Shown in pieces: positions 9,566 through 19,993 of a stretch of DNA of 60,113 bases. A program made the translations under genes and the position numbers. Positions within the stretch are counted from its first letter, which is position 1, and every line of letters starts with the position of its first letter. Source of the stretch: a virus (Duplodnaviria > Caudoviricetes); IMG/VR virus record IMGVR_UViG_3300042466_000580, positions 1 through 60,113 of that record. One strand, given 5' to 3'. The notes beneath the pieces were generated by a model. It made no database searches, had not been told where the DNA came from, and worked only from the letters and a program-made list of their open reading frames with translations.

Positions 9566-11280
9566 TACGCAACCTTTGCTTTGAGTTCTGCAATGTCAGC
9601 TTGTGCTTGCGTGAGTGCCGCCCGCAATGCCGTCAACTCGTCCACTAGGGTCAACTCATCAGCCACGAACTTTGGAGCAAAGTTGCCGTCAACGTAGTCC
9701 TTGCGGGTCAGGTGACTGGCTGCCGTAGGGGCCGCAGCGGTGGACTCCACGTTCGCGGAAATAGACACAACGCCAGAGGCATTGGTTACGGTCGGGCCAC
9801 CTGAGCCAAACCGAATGGCTGTACCAGTTGCCCGCACCTCAAGCAGCACCACCGCCGCAACGCTGGTAGTGGTCATAAGCAGCAAGTTGGAGTTGTTGTT
9901 GCGGAAAGCAACGCCACCGCTGGAGCCAAAGATGTTATAGGTCGAGGCCCAAGTCATCGTGTTGACTGCGGTCGGGGCCACGATGGTGCCCGTCATAGTC
10001 CCGCCGGTAGTCTTCAGGAATGCCGTACTTCCTGAGACAGCCCCATCAACGTACTTCTTGTTTGTGAGGTCGTTGTCTACGGCTGGGGCGAAGGGGGTCT
10101 GTGGGTTGGCACCGAGAAACTGCACTTGCGCAGTGTCGGGAGCGGCAACAAAAGCCTGCTTACCACCCGGCATATACAGCCGGTAATAGGCCCCATCGTA
10201 GTAGGTATATACGTCAGTGCCATTGAATCCGGCGGGGCCAGCGTTTGGCGCGTACCGCAGGGGGCCGTTCATGACATCCCCTGCCTTGTTGACATAGTTG
10301 CCAGCAAGGGAAGCCGTGCAAACTCCATTGGCATCAATTGCCAAGCCAGTGCCAATCTTGATGCCACCCAGAATTGCAGCACTGGCCTTAGGCAAAACAT
10401 AGTCACTACCAGCACTTGCACTGATGGTGCCGTCAGCCGTGACCGTGATTCCACTACCAATCTTCACCCCACCAAGAACAGTGGCAGTGGCAATAGCGGT
10501 AGGGCCAGCGGGTCCGACTTCACCCTGCGGCCCAGCGGGGCCAGTGACAGAATCACCCTTGGGGCCAGCAACCCCGGGTTCTCCCTGAATGCCTTGAATG
10601 CCTTGGGGACCCGCCACGCCTTGTGGGCCTTGCACTGGGCCAGAGTCTTGCCATGCTGCCTTAGTGTCATCCCAAACAAAACCCCTAGCTGGCTCGGGGG
10701 TCGAGACAACATAGAGGTCGCCCTGAGTGGCAGAAGCTGGGAGGTCGCCTTGGGTGGCAACTGTGCCTGCATACCTAATCCCAAGGCCCGGGGGTCCTTG
10801 AATACCTTGAGGACCCTGAACGCCTTCTGGGCCTTGAATGCCCTGCTCGCCCTGAGGGCCAGCTTCACCAGCCACGCCGGGATCACCCTTCGGACCAGCA
10901 ACTCCCGCCTCACCCTGCGGACCAGCGGGACCAGCTACACCGGCTTCGCCATTCACACCGGGCAAGCCCTGCGGAATCTTGAATGACAGGGATGCTTTGT
11001 TCTCGTTACCGACATTGATCACTTCGGCTGGGAGTCCACCTTCAATCGTGATCGTTTCGGCTACTTCGATTGTGGCAGCAAGGCCCGGTTCGCCTTGGGG
11101 GCCGGGTTCACCTTCACCCGGAGAGCCGGGAGGTGCAGTGCCATTGGGCTGAATCCACAAGTCACCAACAGCCGCCGGGGTGGTGGGCATGGTGTCAGAG
11201 ACAATGTGTGCGGAGTCAGAGCCGCCACCTGTGGAGATGGGGAGCCACTCAGTGCCTGACCAGTAATACATCGCAGCCAT
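9565..11280 (-). CDS. Collagen-like tail fibre protein
   Basis: 571 aa; G-X-Y tracts; '[12 protein letters not shown]' repeats; 'NKKYVD' and 'TRKDYVD' fibre motifs; C-terminal coiled coil. Confidence 0.85.
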   Translation of the reverse strand: MAAMYYWSGTEWLPISTGGGSDSAHIVSDTMPTTPAAVGDLWIQPNGTAPPGSPGEGEPGPQGEPGLAATIEVAETITIEGGLPAEVINVGNENKASLSFKIPQGLPGVNGEAGVAGPAGPQGEAGVAGPKGDPGVAGEAGPQGEQGIQGPEGVQGPQGIQGPPGLGIRYAGTVATQGDLPASATQGDLYVVSTPEPARGFVWDDTKAAWQDSGPVQGPQGVAGPQGIQGIQGEPGVAGPKGDSVTGPAGPQGEVGPAGPTAIATATVLGGVKIGSGITVTADGTISASAGSDYVLPKASAAILGGIKIGTGLAIDANGVCTASLAGNYVNKAGDVMNGPLRYAPNAGPAGFNGTDVYTYYDGAYYRLYMPGGKQAFVAAPDTAQVQFLGANPQTPFAPAVDNDLTNKKYVDGAVSGSTAFLKTTGGTMTGTIVAPTAVNTMTWASTYNIFGSSGGVAFRNNNSNLLLMTTTSVAAVVLLEVRATGTAIRFGSGGPTVTNASGVVSISANVESTAAAPTAASHLTRKDYVDGNFAPKFVADELTLVDELTALRAALTQAQADIAELKAKVA

Positions 11281-11456
11281 TACTTGTACTTCTCCTCATC
11301 TTCACGGAGTTGTCGAATGTGTTCTTCAAGCCACTTCTGAAGGGCCCGATGCTCTGCGTCCATCCACCAGCCAATGGCTAGGCCGACTAGGTATCCAGAG
11401 ATGAATAGCCCGCCTAGGACAATGACTGCCCAGACGATAACTGTGTCGATCTGCAT
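11280..11456 (-). CDS. Small single-TM membrane protein (58 aa; below the ORF-track cutoff)
   Basis: Manual translation [58 protein letters not shown]; start and stop overlap both neighbours. Confidence 0.7.
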   Translation of the reverse strand: MQIDTVIVWAVIVLGGLFISGYLVGLAIGWWMDAEHRALQKWLEEHIRQLREDEEKYK

Positions 11457-12790
11457 CAGTAGGCTGCCTTCCAGCGAATGCCTGAGAAGTTAGCCTCGTT
11501 TGACTTTGCGCCGGGACTCACCCTGATGTCGCGGTTCTTGCTGCTCACTGAACAGAATCCGTATGTCACCGCTGTGCCGGTAAGCCGCATGGCAAGCGGG
11601 TAGTTTGCGTCGAGGTCTGCAAGAGGGAACTGCGGCGGCAGTCGCAGCGGATTCCACTCGGCAGCACCCGCCAGAAATGTCAGTGTGCCCCTGAGTTCAA
11701 TGAACCCGCCAAGCATCCTCGCCTGAATCTCCGTTGAAGGAGTTTCTTTTGTCCCGTCCATGCGGATGATCGGAGTCCAGTCAATGTCTGGCGGCGGCAT
11801 TTTCGTACCACCGACAAGCATCAACTTCACAGCGTCGAGGATGGAGGTCTTGAAACCAGCCAGTGCTGGATCGTTGATCGAATTGGCACCAACAGGACTG
11901 ATTGCCGCCAGCTTGTCATCGACTTGCTTGCGGGAGTACAGCATCAGGGCCATCTGGTTATCAAAGTCAACCTTGCTGAATGCTTGGTCAATCCGCATAA
12001 AGCGGTCATCAACCTGCTTCTGGGTGTAAACGTCGGCCTGATAGGCGAACCGATCAATATCCACAAGCGTCAGAAACTTCGCATCGCACTCAGCCTTCGT
12101 GTAGGCATCAATCGTCGGAGCAGCCTTGCTCTCAAGGGCATCCATGCGGGACTTGAGGGGATCGAAGTCAGACTTCATCACCACATATTCGATGCTCGAC
12201 ACAGTAGCCAGCACCAGCCGCTCGCCGTAGCCCTCTCCCGTGTCTGTGTAGGTAAGGGCGACGGGCGGCTCGTTCTTGTCACCGAATCCGTAGCCCTGTG
12301 CCGTAACAACTTTGGCTAGAAGGTTCTGCGTGTTGTCACTGATCTTGGCATAGGCAGTCAGGTCAACCGGGCCAACCTGAGAGATGATTTCAGTGATCTG
12401 CTCTGGGGTAAGCTGACCGCTGATGGAGTCGCCAATGGCCTCGTCAACTTCAGCTTTGGTGTAGGTCGTGGCCTTGTCGGCCTTGAGGTCGAGTTTGGCG
12501 GCGGTCTGGATGCCGATCTGTTCTGCAACGAAAGGGATTTGGTCGGCAACACCCTGCACTCCAAGATTGGAATCATCCAAGCCTTGCTGAAGGGCCGCAA
12601 CCTTTGCATCCACCTCTTGCTTGGTGTACCGCTCCGTGAAGGCAACCGTGGCAGCGGCTTTGATCTCGTCTGTCTGACCATCGACATACTCGGTGGTTGC
12701 ATAGGCAGACAGGTCAGCATCAGTGCCGCCGCCCAGAGGGATGGCAACCCACTCCTGCTTGTCCTTGTCGAAGTAATTCAGGCTTGGCAT
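11456..12790 (-). CDS. Tail fibre protein with YTKxEVD repeats
   Basis: 444 aa; multiple YTK.EVD helical repeats; C-terminal 'GFIELRG...LPPQFP' beta domain. Confidence 0.75.
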   Translation of the reverse strand: MPSLNYFDKDKQEWVAIPLGGGTDADLSAYATTEYVDGQTDEIKAAATVAFTERYTKQEVDAKVAALQQGLDDSNLGVQGVADQIPFVAEQIGIQTAAKLDLKADKATTYTKAEVDEAIGDSISGQLTPEQITEIISQVGPVDLTAYAKISDNTQNLLAKVVTAQGYGFGDKNEPPVALTYTDTGEGYGERLVLATVSSIEYVVMKSDFDPLKSRMDALESKAAPTIDAYTKAECDAKFLTLVDIDRFAYQADVYTQKQVDDRFMRIDQAFSKVDFDNQMALMLYSRKQVDDKLAAISPVGANSINDPALAGFKTSILDAVKLMLVGGTKMPPPDIDWTPIIRMDGTKETPSTEIQARMLGGFIELRGTLTFLAGAAEWNPLRLPPQFPLADLDANYPLAMRLTGTAVTYGFCSVSSKNRDIRVSPGAKSNEANFSGIRWKAAY

Positions 12791-12792
12791 GG

Positions 12793-13518
12793 CTATCCCT
12801 TTGGATTGATCCAGATACTAGAGGTGGTCGTTGGGGCTAGGTCAGACACCACAAACGGCGGCTCGACAGTGGGAGCAACGCCGCCACCAGCCGGGTTCAG
12901 CCAGAGCGTGGAGAGGTTGCCCGGTGCGGTGGTGCCAACGTAGATGTTGCCGGTGTTGGCAAGCACCCACTCTTCGGTGGCTATGCTCTCCTCGACAATG
13001 CCCTTGAGTGGAGTGCCGTCCACCCGGAGTGAGAGCTTGGCAGTGCCGTCTGGATTGGCAGTGATAAAGAGGGTGTTGGGGCCGTCCAAGTCGATGGCCT
13101 TGGGGGCAATGACCTTGCCGCGAATCGCAGCCAGAACGTCGATGTTCGCAGCTTCGATGTCGGCTGTGGGGTCAATCCACAGGTCACCGATCTCTTGCCC
13201 GGGTGGCGGCTCGACCTCGGAGACAATGTGCAGGGCATCGTGGCCGGGAGGGCCTTCTGGACCGGCTGGACCCTGTGGCCCGGGAGTGCCAGCGGTGCCG
13301 TCACCACTCGCTATCCAAGGTAGCTGGGACCATCTCACCCACCCGTCGCCTACCTTGAGGTTCGGCCCCTCGGTGGCACCAATAACGTAACCCATCTCGC
13401 CAGAGGCAAGGATCGGGTCATTCTTCAGCCAGTTGGCAGCCGTGTCCTGACGGAACCTGATCCGCTGGTAGCCCCTCTCATCAGAGGCGCAGTTGGGATG
13501 GGTGCTAGGCGTGGACAT
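12793..13518 (-). CDS. Fibre anchor protein with Mtd-N-like domain and collagen segment
   Basis: 'RIRFRQDTAANWLKNDPILASGEMGY...KVGDG..RWSQLPW' motif; AGGAG before ATG 13518 (alternative GTG at 13533). Confidence 0.75.
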   Translation of the reverse strand: MSTPSTHPNCASDERGYQRIRFRQDTAANWLKNDPILASGEMGYVIGATEGPNLKVGDGWVRWSQLPWIASGDGTAGTPGPQGPAGPEGPPGHDALHIVSEVEPPPGQEIGDLWIDPTADIEAANIDVLAAIRGKVIAPKAIDLDGPNTLFITANPDGTAKLSLRVDGTPLKGIVEESIATEEWVLANTGNIYVGTTAPGNLSTLWLNPAGGGVAPTVEPPFVVSDLAPTTTSSIWINPKG

Positions 13519-13533
13519 AGAATGCTCCTGCAC

Positions 13534-13547
13534 TATTTATGTCCCGG
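13534..13547 (-). promoter_or_regulatory. Candidate late-promoter motif CGGGACATAARTA, copy 1
   Basis: Same motif at 28338-28351 and 59304-59316, each just upstream of a minus-strand gene start. Confidence 0.55.
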
Positions 13548-13565
13548 CCAGACAAAACTGAACCG

Positions 13566-14105
13566 CTACTTGCCACGTTTCCAGGCAGGCGCGTGCTTGT
13601 CCTTGACCTGACGAACAGCTTCCTGGCGGGTCAGCTTGGGGTTACTCGCCATAGCCTGCTTGGCCAGCTTGTCCACGATCTTGGCATTTAGGGCTGGCTT
13701 GACTGGCTCGACCTCATGCCCCTCCACATTCACGATCCCACTGACGTTGAGGTTACGCGCCTTGGCTACCCGCTTGATGTCGCTTACAGAATCCACCCAA
13801 GCACCTGGGTCCATGTGCCCGCGTTTGTCAGCCAGCCCGCCCAAGTAATACTTGCCGTTGATGTTGATGCCCGCCGCCTTGGCTTCCCGTGCCATCTTCT
13901 TGGCCATCCTTGCCGGGATGCCGTCCATCCAGTTGCCGTCGAGCCGCCCCTGCATGAAGGCCCGGTCAGTGCCTTGGGTGCCGGGTGGCTGTTGTAGTGC
14001 CGCCATTTCCGCAAATCGCGGTGTCTGCCCTGCATTGATCATGCGGATGTAATGCTCTCGGACCTCCAAGCTGGCCCGCTGAATGTCAAAGGGAAGGTTC
14101 ATCAT
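13566..14105 (-). CDS. Hypothetical phage protein
   Basis: About 180-aa ORF coupled to the HNH gene. Confidence 0.7.
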   Translation of the reverse strand: MMNLPFDIQRASLEVREHYIRMINAGQTPRFAEMAALQQPPGTQGTDRAFMQGRLDGNWMDGIPARMAKKMAREAKAAGININGKYYLGGLADKRGHMDPGAWVDSVSDIKRVAKARNLNVSGIVNVEGHEVEPVKPALNAKIVDKLAKQAMASNPKLTRQEAVRQVKDKHAPAWKRGK

Positions 14106-14578
14106 GCAATCCTCCAAGTAGTGCCGCTGGCAACGCCGCTAACGGTACTGCGAGAAACTCCAAACCATTTGACAAGGAATGTCCGTAACCCAGCGGTGCG
14201 GCTCTGGTGGCGGCGATACATTTCACGGATCGACCGAACGTCGGACTCACGCAGCTTGGACTGGGGCAGAGCCTCGCCTTTAAGGGTCCCCTGCCTGCCC
14301 TTTGCCACCTTGTCTTCCGCGTTTGACTTGTCCGTACCAAGGAACAAGTGATCTGGGCGAACGCACTTGGGGTTGTCGCACAGGTGCAGGACTAAAGCAC
14401 CTTCGGTTATTGGGCCGTTATGAAGCTCCCACGACACGCGATGGCTTGCCACCGTTTTGCCACTGTCCTTTATCTTTCCATAGCCGTCATGGTTACAGCA
14501 CCCAGTCCACTCCCAGCATCCATTCGGGGCACCGGAATCGACCTTCAACCAGAACCGCTCCTCCAAGCTGTCGCTCAT
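14102..14578 (-). CDS. HNH homing endonuclease
   Basis: 'CWEWTG...GYG...SHRVSW...LHLCDNPKCVRPDHLFLGT..N' plus C-terminal HTH. Confidence 0.9.
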   Translation of the reverse strand: MSDSLEERFWLKVDSGAPNGCWEWTGCCNHDGYGKIKDSGKTVASHRVSWELHNGPITEGALVLHLCDNPKCVRPDHLFLGTDKSNAEDKVAKGRQGTLKGEALPQSKLRESDVRSIREMYRRHQSRTAGLRTFLVKWFGVSRSTVSGVASGTTWRIA

Positions 14579-16671
14579 GGCTGTAGCTCCTGTGGGACTT
14601 GCTGGGGTTCAGAAACCTCCCCGCCACCTTCCGGGGCCGGGGAGGCGGCATCGGCTGGTCCGGCTGGTGGCTGGGGAGGCTGCGGCGGTGGCTCGGGGAT
14701 CATGTAAGGCGTGTAATCAACGTCGATGGCCTCGCAGTAATCCCTCAGAAGGGCATTCATCGGCCCCGGCATCCCCTGCATCACAAGTGGCTGGAGGACC
14801 GGGCCCAGCGTCTGGAGAGCGATCTGGAGGGCTTCGATACGCCCAGCCTTGTTCGGCTTCCTCGCGCTGCCCGCCTCAATGCGGTAGTCGTAGTTCATGG
14901 CAAGCTGGCCCAAGCTCACCTGATCTTGGAGACTCTTCCAGACAGACGCACCGATGGGACCAAGCACGGGAGCGATGTCCTCTTCTTGGAGTAACCAGCG
15001 GGCTGCCAGAGCTTCACGGCGGGCCAGCATGGACATAGCGTCCTCCAGCACGTTCGCCATATCGTCTGGCCTGACCGAAATCTGTTCCGACTTCACCTGC
15101 GCTTCTGCGGCACTTCTATAAGAATTTCTCGTCATACCGTAAGTGAGTTCTGTGAGTCCGACTCTTTTGTCGAACATCTCCGAAACGGCTTGAACGATTT
15201 GCCATAACTCAGGCGTGACCTGCGGAAGCTGTAGCACAGACACGATGTCATTCACTGACCGTCCAAGAGTCTCGGACAACTCAATGAGCGAGAACCCTGA
15301 TTGCTCATGTCGGAGCAACTGTTCCTTGATGTCATCCCCCGCCGCCTTGCTCACACCCACCATCGTCTTAGACGAGATCATCACCCGGGTGGCAAGGAAG
15401 GAAAGTGCCCAGTTCAGGAACTTCAATTCCGGCATCCCCGGTTTCATGTGACTGATCGGCCACACTGACCCAGGCTTACGGTGACACTGGAACGGGGTAA
15501 AAGGCCAGCCGTTGTGATCCGCATAAAACGGGATGGGCCAACGAGTTCGCGTGAACAAGCTATTGGGAAGACCTGTCTCGTCTGGCTCCTCCAGTGCAAT
15601 AGCCTTTGGGACATTCAGTGGGTAATCCACACCCTCTGCCACCACCAGATAACAGTTCGGGCCCAGCCCATCGAACATCTGGGCGTATTCTTTCGGGGAA
15701 CCCTTCAAGTTGTGCCCGAATCCAGTCTTCGACCAGATTTTCCAGTAGACGATCAGGTCGTTCGTCTTGCCGTTCTTTTTCTTCATCTTGTAGCCACGGT
15801 CTTCTTCCATAGACCGGGCGACAAAGCTCTCCATGTGCCCCTTCAGTTCCGACCGCTCCAAGCCGTACTTCTCAGCCACCTCGGCAATCGGGTGAACACA
15901 GCGACGGGCACACCACAGGATGTCCTCCTGCTCGTCCGCGTCAGGGTCCAGAAGCAGGTTGTCCACGTTGTCGTGGAATGAACCGATGAGCCCAACCGGC
16001 GGGCCATCCTCGCCACCCATCTCAATCAATTCGGTCCACCACACACCCATGCCTTTGAGAATGCCCTCGTCCACCACCTTGCGGGTGTGTTCCTTCAGGT
16101 TCAACTGGCCGGGGGTGTAGTTCAAGTACGCACTGATGATCTCAGAGAACGCTTCCCGCTGTTGCTCGACCATGCCAATCTGTTGGCTGGCCTGGATGTA
16201 CTGCTCAATCTCCGGGGGAAGGATCGGCTGCCCAGTCATCGGGTCAGTCTGGGGTTGCTGGTTCGTGTCGATCCCAACAGCTTCAGGCGGGACGGCTGGG
16301 AACTTCTTTGCCGTCACCGTCCGCACTGGGTTGCGAGAATAGATGACTGAGCCAATGAGCTTCACAGCCTCAAAAGCCCGGTTCACAGTCATCCGAAAGC
16401 TGGGCGGTGAAATCTTGGAGTATGGGGCCGCACCCTCTTTCCAGAAGAAGTTCTCTCCACCGTCGAAGAAATTCATCGCTTCCCGGGCATCGTCCGAAAA
16501 AGCCTTCTTTGCCTTGCGGGCTAGGTCCAGCTTTCGCAGCCAGCCGGTGGAGATGCTTCTGAGGGCATCCTCCATCTGACGCTGGGGCACAACATCCGGT
16601 GGCGGATCGGCCAGTTGGCTGGGATCACCACCGGACATGGGAACGTCTGGGTCGATGTTAGCTTCGCTCAT
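14575..16671 (-). CDS. Portal protein
   Basis: 698 aa near the terminase; 'FDKRVGLTEL.YG...SAAEAQVK' portal-type motif; Pro/Gln-rich tail. Confidence 0.8.
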   Translation of the reverse strand: MSEANIDPDVPMSGGDPSQLADPPPDVVPQRQMEDALRSISTGWLRKLDLARKAKKAFSDDAREAMNFFDGGENFFWKEGAAPYSKISPPSFRMTVNRAFEAVKLIGSVIYSRNPVRTVTAKKFPAVPPEAVGIDTNQQPQTDPMTGQPILPPEIEQYIQASQQIGMVEQQREAFSEIISAYLNYTPGQLNLKEHTRKVVDEGILKGMGVWWTELIEMGGEDGPPVGLIGSFHDNVDNLLLDPDADEQEDILWCARRCVHPIAEVAEKYGLERSELKGHMESFVARSMEEDRGYKMKKKNGKTNDLIVYWKIWSKTGFGHNLKGSPKEYAQMFDGLGPNCYLVVAEGVDYPLNVPKAIALEEPDETGLPNSLFTRTRWPIPFYADHNGWPFTPFQCHRKPGSVWPISHMKPGMPELKFLNWALSFLATRVMISSKTMVGVSKAAGDDIKEQLLRHEQSGFSLIELSETLGRSVNDIVSVLQLPQVTPELWQIVQAVSEMFDKRVGLTELTYGMTRNSYRSAAEAQVKSEQISVRPDDMANVLEDAMSMLARREALAARWLLQEEDIAPVLGPIGASVWKSLQDQVSLGQLAMNYDYRIEAGSARKPNKAGRIEALQIALQTLGPVLQPLVMQGMPGPMNALLRDYCEAIDVDYTPYMIPEPPPQPPQPPAGPADAASPAPEGGGEVSEPQQVPQELQP

Positions 16672-17006
16672 CTGCTACCGTACCTTCTGCAACAGTACCA
16701 CTGACCGCTCGGGCTCTGTGCGTAACCAACGTCAACGTCAGGCATCCCTGAGGTGGCGTAACAACAATTTCGATAGGCCGCATCTGGCGAGGAGCCCATG
16801 CCCAGACCCTCTGGGCCAGAGTTACCACCCAAGTGCTGGAGCCGCCCCATGCGGGCACAGGCTTCCGCGACACCCTGAGCGGTGTTGGTAGCAGCCCGTG
16901 CCATGTTCTGGACCGGCTGGCCTTGCTGGTACTGGCGACGAGGCTTTGCGTGAGCCACCCCCGTCAAGATCGAACACATAGCGAAAGCCGTAAGAAGGCG
17001 ACTCAT
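16668..17006 (-). CDS. Secreted CAP/SCP-like small protein
   Basis: Signal peptide; 'H.GG..GPEGLG.G...VDVGYAQ..SGQWYCC' resembles a minimal CAP fold. Confidence 0.55.
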   Translation of the reverse strand: MSRLLTAFAMCSILTGVAHAKPRRQYQQGQPVQNMARAATNTAQGVAEACARMGRLQHLGGNSGPEGLGMGSSPDAAYRNCCYATSGMPDVDVGYAQSPSGQWYCCRRYGSR

Positions 17007-17410
17007 TCGGACACCTCCACTTCCACAGCTTCTTCCTTGCGGGGGCGACCTGGGCCACGGCGAACCGGCTCCTCACTGGGGGTGCGGGCCTCGGCCATCT
17101 TGAGCTTTGTCAAGAAAGGCTTGAGTTCCTTGAGGATTTCGGTGGTCGGATGGACGGTGAAGCAGCCCCACTGAATCCAGTTACCAGCGATCTCAGACTC
17201 CCGCCAGAACGGATCGTCCCTGTGGCGAACGCTCTTCTTCTCGACAAGCCCTGAGTTCTCAGAAAACATCAGGATGGAGATTGTCTCTCTGCCCTTCTGA
17301 ATGACCCAACCCAGGCTGGGCGGATTTGAGCTAGAGAGCGGGTCATCGTGCCACAGGACGAGATCACCGACAGACAAGTCGGCAATAATCTGGACTGAAA
17401 CAATCTGCAT
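17003..17410 (-). CDS. Hypothetical protein with C-terminal AT-hook-like motif
   Basis: 135 aa; RRGPGRPRK; GGAGG RBS. Confidence 0.7.
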   Translation of the reverse strand: MQIVSVQIIADLSVGDLVLWHDDPLSSSNPPSLGWVIQKGRETISILMFSENSGLVEKKSVRHRDDPFWRESEIAGNWIQWGCFTVHPTTEILKELKPFLTKLKMAEARTPSEEPVRRGPGRPRKEEAVEVEVSE

Positions 17411-17445
17411 GGTTTTGCCTCCACCACGGGGAATGATCTGGCCGT

Positions 17446-17482
17446 AGCCTACTGACCCCTAGAGGGCGGGCAATAGTTACGC
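17446..17482 (-). promoter_or_regulatory. Candidate promoter TTGCCC-N16-TAGGCT
   Basis: 18-mer GCGTAACTATTGCCCGCC is identical at 25553-25570; intergenic. Confidence 0.55.
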
Positions 17483-17487
17483 CAGTG

Positions 17488-19149
17488 TTACGCAACGTAG
17501 GTCTGGGAGGTGTAACTTGAGGGGGCTAGGTAAACCACGCTCGCGTCCTCGCCACGCTCCCGCCGCCTCTTAGCAAGCCAGGGTTCCCACCACGCAACCT
17601 CGGCCTTAACCTCTGGCTTGTGGTACTTGGGGTCTGCGGCAAATATGTAGCGCATACAGTCCATCAAGTGAGACACCGACCGTGGGTGGGGCTTGTCGAG
17701 GACGATTGAGTGACCACCGACCACCGTGGACTGCCTCTTGTAACGCTTGATCTCTCGGATGAAGTTGGGCATGGCCCCTTCAAGGACCCGGAGGTAAGGG
17801 GTTCCCTTCGACCGGATGTGCATGGCATTACGGACGCTCTCAATGCCGGACATGATGTCATCCGACCCGTGCATGAAGGACGAGCCGGTGGCCTTTGACC
17901 GCACCCCCAATAACTCAAGCTGTTCCGCGTACTGTTGGCCGGGGGACTTGCCGCCGCCGATGTCGGTCAGGCGGGCACCATGCGAGTCGATAATGAAGGC
18001 ATAGAACTGGGGCTGCCCTGCCAGCTTGGCCGCGAACTTCTCGGCAAACACCACGGCGGAACAGTTAGGGATATAGAGTTCGTCATAGATCAGGACGAAA
18101 TCCCCGGAGGGCGGGACTGCCACGAACATCACCGCACAGATCGCATGGCCTGGGTCAATCGCCGCATACCGGCACCAGTCTGCGGGAATCTGACCTTCCG
18201 GCAGTTCTTTGCGAGAAAAGCCGTGGATGCCCATGTTGAACGAACCGTACATCAAAACAGAGTCGAAGGTGAACTCGCCCTCCGCTCTCATCCTCAGGAC
18301 TTCCTCGCCCTGCGCGGCCCACTGCTCCACGGCCAATGCACGGGCCTCTTTGGAGATGTGTTCGTTGTCGAGGAACCTCAGGACGAACTTCTTGGGATTG
18401 TCCCTACCCTCTTCTGCCGCCTTATCCGCACGCTCGCACAGGCCGAAGAGTGCGTCATTCTTGGAGTGCGGGGTTGCCGACCAGATCAGCCTTCCTTTGT
18501 AGTCCGCAAGACGGGCTTGTAACTCAGCCAACCAAGTGCTTTCGGATGACAAGTCCTCGTCAATCCACGCAAGATGGGCCCGGTAGCCCTGAGGAGGATC
18601 GCCCTCAGACGAGAAAAAATAAATCTGCCAGCCGTTCGTCAGTTCGCATGACTGCATATACCCCGCAGACTTCAGCACCCAGCTAATGTTTTTGATCATC
18701 CTGGGCGGAATCAGCGGAGGGGCAGGCTTGGCATCGGCCTCTCGGTCTTTGTCCGCTACCGGGTCATACGCGCGCCACTCTTTAGTATGGGCATCTTGGA
18801 TGATCTTAAATGCCCCAGACTTAAATAAGCCCTTCACGCACACCATGCCGATGTGCCGCCAGTCGGCCCCTACCACCACCGCTGTGCCGTTTTCTTTTGG
18901 GTACTTACCCTCCACTGGGTGCGTCCCGGTGACAGCCCAGGCGAACTCAAGCATGGCAGCCGTAGTCTTGCCGCTCCGATTTCCTCCCAGGACAACGCGC
19001 TCGCTGGCCATGTCCGCGTGAAAAGGTTGCTGATTGGCGTTAGGACGGTAGAGCCGGACAGACTCAAGCTGGCGAGATGCCAACTCCCGCTGGAGGTCGA
19101 GCATCTCCTGACGCGCGTGCTGGCTTACTCGGTCGAGAGGATTACTCAC
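17488..19149 (-). CDS. terL: Terminase large subunit
   Basis: Walker A GGNRSGKT, Walker B WIDE, motif III SATP, nuclease AIDPG and HLMDCMRY. Confidence 0.95.
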   Translation of the reverse strand: MSNPLDRVSQHARQEMLDLQRELASRQLESVRLYRPNANQQPFHADMASERVVLGGNRSGKTTAAMLEFAWAVTGTHPVEGKYPKENGTAVVVGADWRHIGMVCVKGLFKSGAFKIIQDAHTKEWRAYDPVADKDREADAKPAPPLIPPRMIKNISWVLKSAGYMQSCELTNGWQIYFFSSEGDPPQGYRAHLAWIDEDLSSESTWLAELQARLADYKGRLIWSATPHSKNDALFGLCERADKAAEEGRDNPKKFVLRFLDNEHISKEARALAVEQWAAQGEEVLRMRAEGEFTFDSVLMYGSFNMGIHGFSRKELPEGQIPADWCRYAAIDPGHAICAVMFVAVPPSGDFVLIYDELYIPNCSAVVFAEKFAAKLAGQPQFYAFIIDSHGARLTDIGGGKSPGQQYAEQLELLGVRSKATGSSFMHGSDDIMSGIESVRNAMHIRSKGTPYLRVLEGAMPNFIREIKRYKRQSTVVGGHSIVLDKPHPRSVSHLMDCMRYIFAADPKYHKPEVKAEVAWWEPWLAKRRRERGEDASVVYLAPSSYTSQTYVA

Positions 19150-19774
19150 GGGGCGGCTCCGCTAGGCGGGCCATTGCGGCAGCTTGATCAAGGTCTATTG
19201 AGGAGAGGTTTGCCAGGGGAATCTCAACCTCGCTCGTCTGGTTCAGGTACTCCAGATTCTTCTGGGACTCCGCAGCCAGGGCAATCTTCTGGGCAAGCCG
19301 TGCCTCTAGCTCGTCATCGCTCATCAGCGAGACAGGCTTCTGCACCGCGCCGCTCTCAGCCACGTTGTTTGTCAGCCGGACTACAGACTCCAGAATGCTG
19401 GTGCGAATCCGCCCGCCTGGAGGGGCTGAGTGGTAGGTGTGGGCCAGTTCGTTGGCTAGACCGTTCACGCCACCAAAGAGCGTATAGATCGACTCAAGTA
19501 GCTCTGTGCTGTGCGGGATATTGCTGCCGCCCCTGCGGACCACGGGGGCCTGCATGAACGATTCCGCTGCCCGCCGGGAGGTGGACTCGACCTTCTGCCT
19601 GTGCCGGACCAGCTTGTAGCACTGCTTGCAGATCGGCTGAAGGGTGTGCTGGGTCCCGGGGACCAGGGGCCACCGCCGCCGGTCGAGAGGCTTGACAATG
19701 CCGCACATTTCGCAGGCACGGCTATTCACCAGAGGACCGTCCGGGTCAACGTCTGGGATGTCGATCTCTTCCAT
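19142..19774 (-). CDS. Zn-finger protein; terminase small subunit candidate
   Basis: CxxC...CxxC; 'MSDDELEARL' C-terminal motif; directly upstream of terL. Confidence 0.55.
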   Translation of the reverse strand: MEEIDIPDVDPDGPLVNSRACEMCGIVKPLDRRRWPLVPGTQHTLQPICKQCYKLVRHRQKVESTSRRAAESFMQAPVVRRGGSNIPHSTELLESIYTLFGGVNGLANELAHTYHSAPPGGRIRTSILESVVRLTNNVAESGAVQKPVSLMSDDELEARLAQKIALAAESQKNLEYLNQTSEVEIPLANLSSIDLDQAAAMARLAEPPRE

Positions 19775-19777
19775 GCT

Positions 19778-19993
19778 TCACCTATCAAGCTGGAGCGAAG
19801 ACACGCTGGGGTCAGGTCGGACACCAGAAGCCATCTTCTGCATCTTCACCAGAGGGCTCTCTTCCTCAGGTGGCTGGCCGTCTTGTCGGGCCATCAGGTC
19901 GCCAACGCTCTGACCAGTCAGGAAGTTCCCAAGACCAGCTACCGCATCAGAGGGCAGCCGGGAGTCGAGGAGCTTGCGGATCATGTCGCTCAT
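19778..19993 (-). CDS. Hypothetical protein
   Basis: 71-aa ORF in operon. Confidence 0.6.
   Translation of the reverse strand: MSDMIRKLLDSRLPSDAVAGLGNFLTGQSVGDLMARQDGQPPEEESPLVKMQKMASGVRPDPSVSSLQLDR

Noticed and set aside
5600-13533. Diversity-generating retroelement suggested by the Mtd-N-like domains
   Set aside because: No reverse transcriptase and no template/variable repeat pair seen
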